64,000 nucleotides of DNA from Escherichia phage N2. Where the stretch lies: the sequence record ON645936.1; one strand, given 5' to 3'. The notes under the pieces were generated by a model that worked only from the letters and a program-made list of their open reading frames with translations, was not told the DNA's origin and ran no database searches. Positions 40,124 through 49,590 of this stretch are shown here, in pieces; the stretch's first letter is position 1, and every line of letters begins with the position of its first letter. The position numbers and the translations under genes are program-made.

Positions 40124-40156
40124 ACATTATCCTCAATTACGTTAAAATTTTATTAT

Positions 40157-40177
40157 CCAAAAAGGGCCGAAGCCCTT
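40157..40177 (-). terminator. intrinsic terminator
   Basis: GGGC-UUCG-GCCC then UUUUUGG on minus RNA. Confidence 0.55.
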
Positions 40178-40376
40178 AGCTAAACCGTTTGGCACCCTTC
40201 CAGCCTTCGTACATCATTGCGGCTGATATTAATATTGCTCCTGAGCAACTTGAATATTTGTGATTCCAAAACCAGTTTAGAAAAACTTCATCATCAATAC
40301 CTTGGGCTATCATATTTTCAAAGAACTGACGACGAGCTTCGGCAATTCGTTGTGATAATTTAGATTCAGGATTCAT
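40176..40376 (-). CDS. hypothetical protein
   Basis: 66-aa ORF followed by terminator. Confidence 0.4.
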   Translation of the reverse strand: MNPESKLSQRIAEARRQFFENMIAQGIDDEVFLNWFWNHKYSSCSGAILISAAMMYEGWKGAKRFS

Positions 40377-40592
40377 TTAAATTTTCCAGTTACCGTTTTC
40401 ATCAATAAATTTAATCCAGTCATTTACTGACCACTTAGTTGTATCACCTTTTGGAGTAACATTTAAAGTGTATAATCCTTGTTTAAAAAGCATTCGTTTG
40501 ATATTCATATTTTCCTCAGCTGTAACGATAACACTCGTTTGATTTACGCTTAGCAACTCGTTGAGAAGTATTATAATCAAAATCATCGTCAA
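40377..40592 (-). CDS. hypothetical protein
   Basis: 71-aa ORF. Confidence 0.4.
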   Translation of the reverse strand: MTMILIIILLNELLSVNQTSVIVTAEENMNIKRMLFKQGLYTLNVTPKGDTTKWSVNDWIKFIDENGNWKI

Positions 40593-40809
40593 TGTAAACT
40601 GATTTTTTCAACTTTCTTACTTCACTACGTAATTGACGATTTAGCTCATCTTTAACTTCTGAATCAATGCCTTTCATTCTACGCCATTTATCAGAGCGAA
40701 AAATGTTTTCAACCATATCTTTATGACTTACACCATCAGGAGCTTTGCGCTTTCCAAAATAGTCATAATCACGTACTTTTAAATCTTTACGACGATATGT
40801 TTTACCCAT
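40516..40809 (-). CDS. hypothetical basic protein
   Basis: start moved to internal ATG (MGKTYRRKDLK). Confidence 0.4.
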   Translation of the reverse strand: MGKTYRRKDLKVRDYDYFGKRKAPDGVSHKDMVENIFRSDKWRRMKGIDSEVKDELNRQLRSEVRKLKKSVYIDDDFDYNTSQRVAKRKSNECYRYS

Positions 40810-40984
40810 GGAGTTTAATTTCCTTAGCAACTGAACTAAATACAGCACGATCACAAATCATCTGTTTATGTAACTTGAGTATAAGATAATAAACTTCAAA
40901 ACCGTTTACGTAAGTAACACGAACAACATTACCATTAATAAAATAATATTGTCCCTTTTTAATTTCTTTATCAACCACAACCAT
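40802..40984 (-). CDS. hypothetical protein
   Basis: 60-aa ORF downstream of promoter 41015..41044. Confidence 0.4.
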   Translation of the reverse strand: MVVVDKEIKKGQYYFINGNVVRVTYVNGFEVYYLILKLHKQMICDRAVFSSVAKEIKLHG

Positions 40985-41014
40985 ATCAAATCCTCAAAGG
41001 CAATTCATATGTTA

Positions 41015-41044
41015 ATAATACCACAGTTTGAACTTGTTGTAAAC
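41015..41044 (-). promoter_or_regulatory. sigma70-type early promoter
   Basis: minus strand GTTTACA-N17-TGgTATTAT. Confidence 0.5.
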
Positions 41045-41120
41045 AACTTTGTGAAATTATTTTAGGGAATGATAAGAAGTGAATGATAGTTAGAATGGTA
41101 ATATACAGAATGTGAGAAAG

Positions 41121-41137
41121 AAAGGCCCAGAGGGCCC
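41121..41137 (-). terminator. intrinsic terminator after nrdH
   Basis: GC-only stem then UUUCUUUCU on minus RNA. Confidence 0.5.
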
Positions 41138-41140
41138 GTC

Positions 41141-41464
41141 TTAGTCTTCTATGATATCTCTATCATATCCAAGTGAAATGAGAGTTTCTTTGAAGTGTTT
41201 AATGTTCTTTTGTCTAGAATCATTAATGAAAATGACTGGATAACGAATGTTAAGAGATGTGAATCCAGCTCGTTTAGCAAGAGATACAATCAGTGGACGA
41301 TCATACTCAATCTTACCATTATTTGTAAGAACTTTATAGAAAGTAAAAGGAGCATTGAGCTCCTTTAGAAGTTTTGTAACTGATTGACATCCAGGACAAC
41401 GACCTACTTCATCTGGAATTCCATAGACTTCAATCTTATTCTTTAAGTTCGAGTTTTGTTCCAC
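41141..41464 (-). CDS. nrdH: glutaredoxin-like protein NrdH, probable GTG start
   Basis: CPGC redox motif after KIEVYG; no in-frame ATG near domain; GTG at 41464 with AAGGA SD 9 nt upstream. Confidence 0.5.
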   Translation of the reverse strand: MEQNSNLKNKIEVYGIPDEVGRCPGCQSVTKLLKELNAPFTFYKVLTNNGKIEYDRPLIVSLAKRAGFTSLNIRYPVIFINDSRQKNIKHFKETLISLGYDRDIIED

Positions 41465-41747
41465 GAGAAATAATTCCTTGATAAGCCCAGTATGGCGGGT
41501 TAACAGAATCATCGCCAGAATTTTCTTCAGGAAAATAAACCTGGATAACAAATCCAGATGCATCAAAGGTAAAATAAACCGTAGGCAGTTCACCTAACAA
41601 TTCAGCACGAGCATTAATTTCTTCGAGATCTCGTTCACGTCCAGCCCAAAAACTAGGATTTAGACTACATTCATAGAAATAATAGTCATTACCAAACATA
41701 TCAAACCCCTTCCAACTCTCTACCACATACTGCTCAAAACTAATCAT
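41436..41747 (-). CDS. hypothetical protein
   Basis: 103-aa ORF. Confidence 0.45.
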   Translation of the reverse strand: MISFEQYVVESWKGFDMFGNDYYFYECSLNPSFWAGRERDLEEINARAELLGELPTVYFTFDASGFVIQVYFPEENSGDDSVNPPYWAYQGIISRGTKLELKE

Positions 41748-41749
41748 AA

Positions 41750-41989
41750 TTAAGCCTTTTTATCAAGAACAGCATTAAGCTTGTTAGTAATTTTATCCAG
41801 ACGCTCATTGAACTCGCTAGAAGATAAGCCTTTTTCTGGAGAAATTAAGCTAATTACGAAAAATATAGCAATAAAAGGAATAAGAAAAATAGCACCAACT
41901 GCCATAAACAAAAAGAACGTTACAGTTGTAAGAAAATCAGCTAAACCTTTACGAAATTTATACATATTTACCCTTAATTGATTAACCAA
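41750..41989 (-). CDS. small membrane protein
   Basis: 79 aa with hydrophobic segment. Confidence 0.45.
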   Translation of the reverse strand: MVNQLRVNMYKFRKGLADFLTTVTFFLFMAVGAIFLIPFIAIFFVISLISPEKGLSSSEFNERLDKITNKLNAVLDKKA

Positions 41990-42079
41990 GCATTGATAAG
42001 TACTAAACTATACTGCGAATAAAATTCTGGACCAAAATGAAAAATCATATCATTTATAGTATCAATAATATAATTCAGT

Positions 42080-42550
42080 TTAATCATGTTTCCACACCCC
42101 ATCGGTATTTGACCAAAGTCGCTGATTATCTGAACCTCGCCACAGCTTTTTGGTTGGAAGATTTTTCTCATACTTCCCATCAATAATAACATCAACATAT
42201 TTAAGCATTTCTAGTTGTTTAATATCTTCAAACTTGTACCCTGTCCACAACCAAATGCTTTTATTTGGATAAAGATTTTTTACAGTTTGAACAATGCAAT
42301 GAACATCATCTCGGTTATCAGGATAAAGAGGGTCACCTCCAGTTATAGTTAATCCTTCTATATAATCATTATTCAAACATTCAATTAATTGTTCTAGTGT
42401 TTCACCAGTAAATGGAACGCCATTTCTAGCATTCCATGTTGATTTATTATAACACCCTTCGCATTTATGCAAACAACCTGTAACGAAAAGAACTGTCCTG
42501 CATCCAGGACCATTAACAAAGCAGCACGGGTATATTCTGTCATAATTCAT
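42080..42550 (-). CDS. nrdG: anaerobic RNR activating enzyme (radical SAM)
   Basis: 156 aa from ATG at 42550; CLHKCEGC cluster motif. Confidence 0.85.
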   Translation of the reverse strand: MNYDRIYPCCFVNGPGCRTVLFVTGCLHKCEGCYNKSTWNARNGVPFTGETLEQLIECLNNDYIEGLTITGGDPLYPDNRDDVHCIVQTVKNLYPNKSIWLWTGYKFEDIKQLEMLKYVDVIIDGKYEKNLPTKKLWRGSDNQRLWSNTDGVWKHD

Positions 42551-43377
42551 AATAATATCCAATTTTTCCAAGCTTCATCAGTAGAATTACAGCGTTTTAG
42601 TATAAGATGTCTAGAAACTTTTATGGCATTTGAGCACTTTTTAATTGAATCATATTTAATACCGTCAACTGAAACGGTTTTGCTAGTTGGAGAAATTTTT
42701 CCATACATTGGATTTTTTGAACCAACTTGAAGTCCTTTTAAAGCTTTTGAAAGCTTTTGTCTAGATTCCAATGACATGGGAGAATTCTTTTTACCTTCAA
42801 TAATTCGCTTGCGATGAAGTTCGCGTTCTTCTTCACTCAAAGAATTGTAATATTTTTTAACACCGTTTGATATAGATAATTTATCTTTCTCAGACCGCTC
42901 TCCAGCTAATTTACTTCTAACATCTTTTCGCTTCATAGCTATGCTTACGGCTTTATTTAAATTTGCTTGATGCTCTGGCGTACGTTTATATTTCTTTAAA
43001 GCACGTGAAATAGCTATTTTAGTTTCTTCTGTTCTCTTTTTACCTTTATTTGCTAAACTATTTTTGCGGCGATGTTCAAGTGTCTGTTCATAGGCAGTTC
43101 CACCTTTTCCACCAGGTTTAATATTATATGTATTTTCTTTTAGACAATACTCTTCGGTTACAAGTTCAGCTTCTTTATCATACATTTGTTTTTCATTATC
43201 AAAAACATGTAAAATTTCTTTATTAAAATTTTTTCTACCATATTTTAATAAAGCGGCACGAATCAATGTTCCTGACCCCATATAACCGTCATTTATGTTA
43301 TCGGTGCTATGCGCACCGATATATTCCTTTGAATTAATTATATTTGTTATTTTATAAATTATATAATACCTATGCAT
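42547..43377 (-). CDS. GIY-YIG homing endonuclease between nrdD and nrdG
   Basis: 276 aa; YIIYKITN...EYIGAH; start overlaps nrdD stop by 8 nt. Confidence 0.6.
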   Translation of the reverse strand: MHRYYIIYKITNIINSKEYIGAHSTDNINDGYMGSGTLIRAALLKYGRKNFNKEILHVFDNEKQMYDKEAELVTEEYCLKENTYNIKPGGKGGTAYEQTLEHRRKNSLANKGKKRTEETKIAISRALKKYKRTPEHQANLNKAVSIAMKRKDVRSKLAGERSEKDKLSISNGVKKYYNSLSEEERELHRKRIIEGKKNSPMSLESRQKLSKALKGLQVGSKNPMYGKISPTSKTVSVDGIKYDSIKKCSNAIKVSRHLILKRCNSTDEAWKNWILL

Positions 43378-44644
43378 GTTTTACTCGTTTTACCATTTCT
43401 TTCATTTTACCTAAATTCCATGGAACAACGCTAGGAGTTCCAAGATATCCGCATGTTCTTCTTATTGTGTTCATCTTTTTAGGATCAGTTTCTCCACAAA
43501 TAGAACAAACAAATCCGTTTTCAGTAGGAGTCATTTCATGGGTACTTCCACATGTAAAACATTTATCTACTGGCATATTAACACCAAAATAATCTAAATG
43601 TTGTGCAGCATAATCCCATACAGCCTCAAGACCTTTTAGGTTATTTTTCATATCAGGAAGTTCAACATAAGAAATGTGACCACCTGTCGCAATGAAATGA
43701 TACGGGGCTTCGCGAGAAATCTTTTCAAACGGAGTAATATTTTCTTCTACTGAAACGTGGAAACTGTTAGTATACCAGCCTTTATCGGTAACATCTTTTA
43801 CACTTCCATATTTCTCAGTATCAAGTTTACAGAAGCGATAGCACAGGTTTTCAGCAGGAGTAGAATACAAACTAAAAGCAAATCCGGTTCTTTCAGTCCA
43901 CTGCTTAAGACGAGCATTCATTTTAGTTAAAATTTCTTGTCCAATATCACGACCGACAAGAATATTCAATTCGTGAATACCAATGTATCCTAAGGACACT
44001 GAACTTCTACCGTTTTTAAATAACTCAATTATATCGTCATCAGGTTTAAGACGAACCCCGAATGCACCTTCTTGGTAAAGAATAGGAGCAACAGTCGCTT
44101 TAACTCCTTTTAAGGAACTAATTCTACACATCAAAGCTTCAAAACATAAATCCATTCGTTCATTGAACAATTCGGCAAATTTCTGTTCATTGAACTGTGT
44201 TCCAATATAAGAATCTAACGCAATACGAGGAAGATTCAGTGTTACAACGCCAAGATTATTACGTCCATCAAGAATTTCATTACCAGTGGAATCTTTCCAT
44301 ACGCCCAAGAAACTACGACAACCCATTGGAGAAACAGGAATAGATGAACCTGTGATAGCTTTATTGTTCTTAGCTGAAATAATATCAGGATACATCCTTT
44401 TGCTTGCGCACTCTAAAGCAAGCTGCTTAATATCATAGTTCGGATCGTCTTTATAAAGATTAACACCCTCTTCAACGAACATAACAAGCTTAGGGAAAAT
44501 AGGAGTTATCCCATCACGACCGAGACCTTTAATACGATTTTTCAGAATTGCTTTCTGAATCATTCGTTCAGTCCAGTCAGTTCCCGTGCCAAACGTAATT
44601 GTTACAAAAGGCGTTTGTCCATTAGAGCTGAAAAGTGTATTTAC
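43370..44644 (-). CDS. nrdD: anaerobic ribonucleotide reductase NrdD, exon 2 (5' boundary approximate)
   Basis: C-terminal glycyl-radical motif RRTCGYLG and CxxC..CxxC zinc ribbon; splice site not mapped. Confidence 0.75.
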   Translation of the reverse strand, partial: VNTLFSSNGQTPFVTITFGTGTDWTERMIQKAILKNRIKGLGRDGITPIFPKLVMFVEEGVNLYKDDPNYDIKQLALECASKRMYPDIISAKNNKAITGSSIPVSPMGCRSFLGVWKDSTGNEILDGRNNLGVVTLNLPRIALDSYIGTQFNEQKFAELFNERMDLCFEALMCRISSLKGVKATVAPILYQEGAFGVRLKPDDDIIELFKNGRSSVSLGYIGIHELNILVGRDIGQEILTKMNARLKQWTERTGFAFSLYSTPAENLCYRFCKLDTEKYGSVKDVTDKGWYTNSFHVSVEENITPFEKISREAPYHFIATGGHISYVELPDMKNNLKGLEAVWDYAAQHLDYFGVNMPVDKCFTCGSTHEMTPTENGFVCSICGETDPKKMNTIRRTCGYLGTPSVVPWNLGKMKEMVKRVKHA

Positions 44645-44675
44645 TTCATCATTATATTCAGCATGAGTCGCAAAT

Positions 44676-45446
44676 TCATGCCCGTTTATATGAAACAACA
44701 AAATTTGGATAGTCCATAGATATGCAACGTTCTTTTATAGTGCTAGGATGAAAATTTAGCGCTTTAGCTGCTTCTATATAAGACGTATACTTAATACCGT
44801 CAACAACCACATATTCAGGAACTTTATGAATAGTAGTCTTAATACTCAAAACAAGAGGATGAGTTTCGACTTCACTTTCAGTGCAATTTAAATATTCCGC
44901 TGCTTTTTTAAAACTTCTAAAAGTTTTATTTTTAAGCTTTATCGATACTTGTTTTTTACTTTTTCGACTATTGATATTATTTTGCACATGTTCCTTAGAT
45001 CTTCCGTTTTTAGCATAATATTCAGCTACAGAAGATTTTATATTGTTTTTATGAGATTCGGATAACACTTTACCCTTATGAGCATCTCTTAATTTTTGAA
45101 TATGTTCTTCAGTATCCGGATGCTTATAAAACTTTTTACCGCCTATGGATTTATTTAAACATTTTTTGCTATAAAAATATTTACGTATGACCTCTTCTTC
45201 ATGTTTTAATGCATCTTTATAACTATCAAATGTTTTTAAAATTATCCATTTAGTAGGTGTATCAGTTTTTAAGCGTTCATTTATATACTTAGATGACGTT
45301 GTGTAAGTTTTCCAGTTTGTGGGCTTGTTTTTAATTGTTCTAAATTTTTTATAACCGATATAAATGTCGCCATTAGAAAACTTAACTAAGTATGTAAATG
45401 CGTCTTTATCTTTTATTTTAGTACAACGTCTTTTTATCCATTTCAT
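44676..45446 (-). CDS. intron-encoded GIY-YIG endonuclease (I-TevII-like)
   Basis: 256 aa; YLVKFSNGDIYIGYKK; GAGGTG SD; late promoter upstream. Confidence 0.65.
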   Translation of the reverse strand: MKWIKRRCTKIKDKDAFTYLVKFSNGDIYIGYKKFRTIKNKPTNWKTYTTSSKYINERLKTDTPTKWIILKTFDSYKDALKHEEEVIRKYFYSKKCLNKSIGGKKFYKHPDTEEHIQKLRDAHKGKVLSESHKNNIKSSVAEYYAKNGRSKEHVQNNINSRKSKKQVSIKLKNKTFRSFKKAAEYLNCTESEVETHPLVLSIKTTIHKVPEYVVVDGIKYTSYIEAAKALNFHPSTIKERCISMDYPNFVVSYKRA

Positions 45447-45475
45447 TGTTTCACCTCGTATTCATAAGATAATCT

Positions 45476-45483
45476 TATTTATA
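45476..45483 (-). promoter_or_regulatory. late promoter inside nrdD intron
   Basis: exact TATAAATA on minus strand about 30 nt before endonuclease ATG 45446. Confidence 0.55.
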
Positions 45484-45689
45484 CAAGATGACTGCTGCAT
45501 GTCGCCATGCAGATTAGACTATATCTTCATCTTTCGATGCCGGCCGTTTCGAATAGCATTAGCTTCTATTCTACACCGCTACATTCATCACGGTTAGTCG
45601 TTAGGCATTTAGTTCAAAAGAACATTTAGCACGGGATTGTCTACTAGAGAGGTTCCCCGTTTAGACCGGTTTTACATGAGCCTGAATTA

Positions 45690-46232
45690 AATTAACTCAT
45701 ACGCCTGGAATGCATCGTATACGTCTTTTTCTGTTTTAGATTGGGCATAATTCAATGCATCTGCGATTTGCCATTTTTCCGCGTCCTCAATATGTTTTGC
45801 ATAGGTGCGTTTAACATAAGGAGAAAGTACTTTATCTACATTCGCAAAAGTCGTTCCACCATATTGATGGGAAGCAACCTGTGCAGTAATTTGTGCCATA
45901 ATTGCAGTAGCAACGCCAATTGATTTAGGAGTTTCAATTTGAGCATTGCCTAATTTAAATCCATTCTCAAGCATCCCCTTTAAATCGACTAAACAGCAAT
46001 TAGTAAATGGAAGAGCAGGGGAATAATCAATATCGTGCACGTGAATAATTCCGCTTTCATGCGCTTTCATAATAAAAGACGGGACCATATTTTTGGCAAT
46101 GTGCTTAGACACAATACCAGCCATAAGGTCCCGTTGAGTTGGAAAAACACGAGAATCTTTATTAGCATTCTCGTTTAAAAGGTCTTTATTAGTTTTATGA
46201 ATCAATCCTTCAATTTCTTTTTCAATTGTCAT
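45690..46232 (-). CDS. nrdD: anaerobic ribonucleotide reductase NrdD, exon 1 (3' boundary approximate)
   Basis: 181-aa N-terminal part; frame closes at 45687 at intron edge. Confidence 0.75.
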
Positions 46233-46702
46233 TTTAAACTCTTTCTAAGCTGCTTCTTAAATGAAGCTATTAATTGTGTTTTAGTGTCAGATTCATTATA
46301 TTCAAATCCTCTTTGAAGCATCTCAGCCATCATTTCCTCTTTTCCTAAACGAGAAAATTCCTTTGATTTATCTCCAACAAAGTTAGGGTGAATATTATTT
46401 TGGGTGTAATCGGATTTTAAATAAGTAAGTAAATTTTCTAACCATTCAAGATAATCAACACCTTGTCCCTTTAAACCAGAACGATTAAATTTGTGTTTCA
46501 TTTGACCTTCTGCTGCATTGCAGAGATTACAAAGCAATCCACGTACCTTTCCTGCTTTTGGTCCATTTAATTCATGGTCATGGTCAAGGTGATTAGCTTG
46601 AACATCAGGATTTAGTTCTCGTTGGCAAATTAAGCATTTACCGTTTTGTGCATTATAAAATTTTTGTTTTTCTTCTTTGTATAATTTGCCAGTCAATAAC
46701 AT
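46229..46702 (-). CDS. 49: endonuclease VII (Holliday junction resolvase)
   Basis: 157 aa starting MLLTGKLYKEEKQKFY with zinc-binding Cys cluster. Confidence 0.9.
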   Translation of the reverse strand: MLLTGKLYKEEKQKFYNAQNGKCLICQRELNPDVQANHLDHDHELNGPKAGKVRGLLCNLCNAAEGQMKHKFNRSGLKGQGVDYLEWLENLLTYLKSDYTQNNIHPNFVGDKSKEFSRLGKEEMMAEMLQRGFEYNESDTKTQLIASFKKQLRKSLK

Positions 46703-46751
46703 AATAAAACCCTTACCTTAAATAGATAAGGGTATTTATTATTTTCAAGTA

Positions 46752-47216
46752 TTAAAATGCTCGGTCAGAAAAAGAAATTTGAGTTTCAAGCCATTCAATA
46801 TATTCTGCCGCAGCTTGCATCAAATTTCCTTCATAACCATCGTTATTTTCTTGTGCAGCTAATTTAGCTAATGCATATGAAATACGTTCACCTTGAAAAG
46901 CGGCTTTAGGTTTATGAATAGCTTGATCAACTCGTTCTACGACTTCTTCAATTTCGCCATTTTCTACCGATTCAGTATTCCATAAGCACCAATACGTAAT
47001 TGGCTTATCGTAGATGTTAATAATCTTTCCATCAGAAAGTTCAATTTCAATAATTCCAATATCAGGTTCTATATCATCTTCACATTCTTTTACAAGTTCA
47101 CGAACTTTAAATACAGTACCTGCACTAAGTTCCGGCCAGTAATTACACAGCTCTTTATCAGCACGATTAATTCTAAACCACTTATCTACTGTAATCATGT
47201 CCCATCTCCGTATCAA
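46752..47216 (-). CDS. hypothetical protein
   Basis: 154-aa ORF. Confidence 0.45.
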   Translation of the reverse strand: MIRRWDMITVDKWFRINRADKELCNYWPELSAGTVFKVRELVKECEDDIEPDIGIIEIELSDGKIINIYDKPITYWCLWNTESVENGEIEEVVERVDQAIHKPKAAFQGERISYALAKLAAQENNDGYEGNLMQAAAEYIEWLETQISFSDRAF

Positions 47217-47321
47217 TTAAGTCATTTATCGTTGGTTCATTATATACTGTTTCTTCATCAGTGTAAACCGGTTCTTCCGGCTCTGGCTCTACAGTTTCCC
47301 ATCTAACCGCCCACCAGGGTT

Positions 47322-47630
47322 TTATAGCGTAATCCATTCTCGTATTGTCTGAGTTACTACACGTTCACGGGGCTCGACTAATTCAACAGTCGGAACTGCA
47401 TAATACCAGTCAGAATGGTAAGAACCTGAACGGCATTCATTTACGGAAACATGTACATTATGTTTTTGGCTAAAATAAACACACTGCCGATATTGGCATT
47501 TACCATCTTGCACCCAGTCTTCTATTTCGATAGGTTTAAGATAATCCGAAAAATCGAAATCATAATTTTCAGAAAATGCATCATGGTCTTCGATTATTTC
47601 ACTCAAAACTGCATCAACATCGTAAATCAT
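47322..47630 (-). CDS. hypothetical protein
   Basis: 102-aa ORF. Confidence 0.45.
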   Translation of the reverse strand: MIYDVDAVLSEIIEDHDAFSENYDFDFSDYLKPIEIEDWVQDGKCQYRQCVYFSQKHNVHVSVNECRSGSYHSDWYYAVPTVELVEPRERVVTQTIREWITL

Positions 47631-47632
47631 AT

Positions 47633-47848
47633 TTACCCCAGTTTAACCATGCAATCGCCATATTTCCATTTAGAAATAGACTTTTCACCATTAGAATAAT
47701 AAACTTCGAGTTTAGCACGGCCATTTTTAATTTGAATAACCTTTGCTGTCATCAAAGTTCCATACCCATAATAAACTGCAACCTCATCACCCACATATAC
47801 CGCGCTTCCGCGGTAGTCATGGATATAATCAGTTCCTTCAAGCATCAT
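47633..47848 (-). CDS. hypothetical protein
   Basis: 71-aa ORF. Confidence 0.45.
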   Translation of the reverse strand: MMLEGTDYIHDYRGSAVYVGDEVAVYYGYGTLMTAKVIQIKNGRAKLEVYYSNGEKSISKWKYGDCMVKLG

Positions 47849-48108
47849 TTAAAGTATTCCCGCAATTGGTCAAATCCACCAATATGACTTCCATCAGGAG
47901 CAAATACTTGTGGCATCGTCAGTCCAATTTGAGTATCACGACCAAGTTTAGTCAGAAGCTCAGCGATTTTCTCATCATCAAAAACACCTTTTTCCGGCAT
48001 AATGTTGATAAATTCAAACGGCTGTTTCTTCACAGTCAAAAGACGTTTTGCATTATCACAATATACACATTTATGGATGTTGCTATCATAACCATATACT
48101 TTAAACAT
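47845..48108 (-). CDS. nrdC: phage thioredoxin/glutaredoxin
   Basis: 87 aa starting MFKVYGYDSNIHKCVYCDNAK. Confidence 0.9.
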   Translation of the reverse strand: MFKVYGYDSNIHKCVYCDNAKRLLTVKKQPFEFINIMPEKGVFDDEKIAELLTKLGRDTQIGLTMPQVFAPDGSHIGGFDQLREYFK

Positions 48109-48109
48109 A

Positions 48110-48400
48110 TTATTCCTTAATTCCTAGTACTTGTTTAAAAGTCTCGTCGTAATCAAGACTTTGGCCCGTTTGTTCTTTATGTTTGTATATAATATCACTT
48201 ACTTCTGATAGCATATTTTTATATGAACGAGTTAAAGCAGATTTAAGAACGCTATATCTATCAGGAAATTTACCGTGTTCATTATAATAAGCTATTGCTA
48301 ATTCACGGACTGCTTTTTCAGCAATCTCCATATATTCTTTACGCTTGGTCATTTTCTTCTCTCTCAAATCGGTGTTTGCAATGACGGCATTTATATTCAA
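48110..48400 (-). CDS. hypothetical protein
   Basis: 96-aa ORF; true start may be internal MTKRKEY. Confidence 0.4.
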   Translation of the reverse strand: MNINAVIANTDLREKKMTKRKEYMEIAEKAVRELAIAYYNEHGKFPDRYSVLKSALTRSYKNMLSEVSDIIYKHKEQTGQSLDYDETFKQVLGIKE

Positions 48401-48656
48401 GTTCCGGTTTACGCCAGTTAATCAATTGGACCTGTTCAGTACCGCATTTTGGGCAGTTCGGAACATTCTTAGAAGCCCTTTCGCGGCGTTCAACCATAAC
48501 CATAATGGCATCCCAAGCAGGAGGTTTAAAGTCTAGATCGTCACAACCATGAATCTTTCCACGCATTTCTAGATCGTCTTCTTCACCAGCCATAATAGTT
48601 TTAATTAGACTAGAATTACTTGAAGCTGCAATATCTTCTAATAAGCGCTTTTTCAT
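48339..48656 (-). CDS. zinc-ribbon protein
   Basis: 105 aa; CPKCGTE...CRHCKH. Confidence 0.45.
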   Translation of the reverse strand: MKKRLLEDIAASSNSSLIKTIMAGEEDDLEMRGKIHGCDDLDFKPPAWDAIMVMVERRERASKNVPNCPKCGTEQVQLINWRKPELEYKCRHCKHRFEREENDQA

Positions 48657-49582
48657 TTCAATACCTCAATAGCATTACGTAAACCATTTGCTTTTGCATT
48701 AAGAGCTTTTAACAATTTAGTGTGTTCGGCAATCTGGGCTTCAACTTCAATCAAACGAGCATTGAGATATTCGCGTTCTTCGCTCAGGTTATCAACCTTT
48801 TCTACTTTAGGTTCTTTTACAACTGGCTTATATGTATTAGGATTCTTCAGTTTAATTAGAATGCGTGAACTGTATAACATTGAACCATTATCTTCGGTTT
48901 CGTCATACATTTCCACTACGTCCATCATCTCCACCATCGTGCAGAGTTTATAAGACAACGAACGAATAGTTTTGTTATGCTTATTAATTTCTCTAGCTGT
49001 CATGGTGCCGAGATTACGTGAGTAATAATAAGGAACCTGGATATTAATTAATACTGATGAACCACCTGGCTTGTGTGTTACTTCATCAGCAATAACCCAG
49101 TCCTTAACATGAACTGTATTTGTACGGTCATCGCCCGCAGTAAATAGTTTACGAGCATGCTTAAAAAGCATATTCACTTGGTCATTGAATTGACAAGCAA
49201 ATTTATCAGCAAATTTAGTTTCAGGAATGGTAGATAACCAATCAGCTAAATGGGTCTTTTTAACATCGTTAACAATAGTAAATTCAACCAAATCGGTTAT
49301 AGATGTCGCAGATTTAATGAAGCTCGGCTTCATAAAGTTTTTAATGTTATCACTAGCTACAGTAGAAGATAACAGACGAGAACGTTTAAACCATTGAAGC
49401 AAATTGCCTAACGAATGAGAATAAGCGTTTTGAGTATCTTTACAGATATGATTTTCCTGGCCAACATATTGAAAGAAATCACGAAGAATATTATTGATTA
49501 CTGCTCTGTGCCCAATCTGATAATTACGGTGTTTAGTAATAAGACTATCAAAATAATCAATATAATGTTTACGAGTTTTCAT
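48653..49582 (-). CDS. hypothetical protein
   Basis: 309-aa ORF with coiled-coil C-terminus. Confidence 0.5.
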   Translation of the reverse strand: MKTRKHYIDYFDSLITKHRNYQIGHRAVINNILRDFFQYVGQENHICKDTQNAYSHSLGNLLQWFKRSRLLSSTVASDNIKNFMKPSFIKSATSITDLVEFTIVNDVKKTHLADWLSTIPETKFADKFACQFNDQVNMLFKHARKLFTAGDDRTNTVHVKDWVIADEVTHKPGGSSVLINIQVPYYYSRNLGTMTAREINKHNKTIRSLSYKLCTMVEMMDVVEMYDETEDNGSMLYSSRILIKLKNPNTYKPVVKEPKVEKVDNLSEEREYLNARLIEVEAQIAEHTKLLKALNAKANGLRNAIEVLK

Positions 49583-49590
49583 GGTGTTCC

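Larger units (their letters stand above)
44645..45689 (-). mobile_element. group I intron in nrdD (boundaries approximate)
   Basis: ~1 kb separating two NrdD ORF halves; GC-richer stem-rich 5' part; contains endonuclease ORF. Confidence 0.55.

Noticed and set aside
41465-41593. N-terminal 44-codon extension of the NrdH ORF in the track
   Set aside because: It overlaps ORF 41436..41747 in another frame, starts at a GTG without SD and is hydrophobic nonsense; a shorter GTG-initiated NrdH is more plausible.
41974-42198. 74-aa minus-strand ORF
   Set aside because: It overlaps the C-terminal 40 codons of nrdG in another frame; likely spurious.
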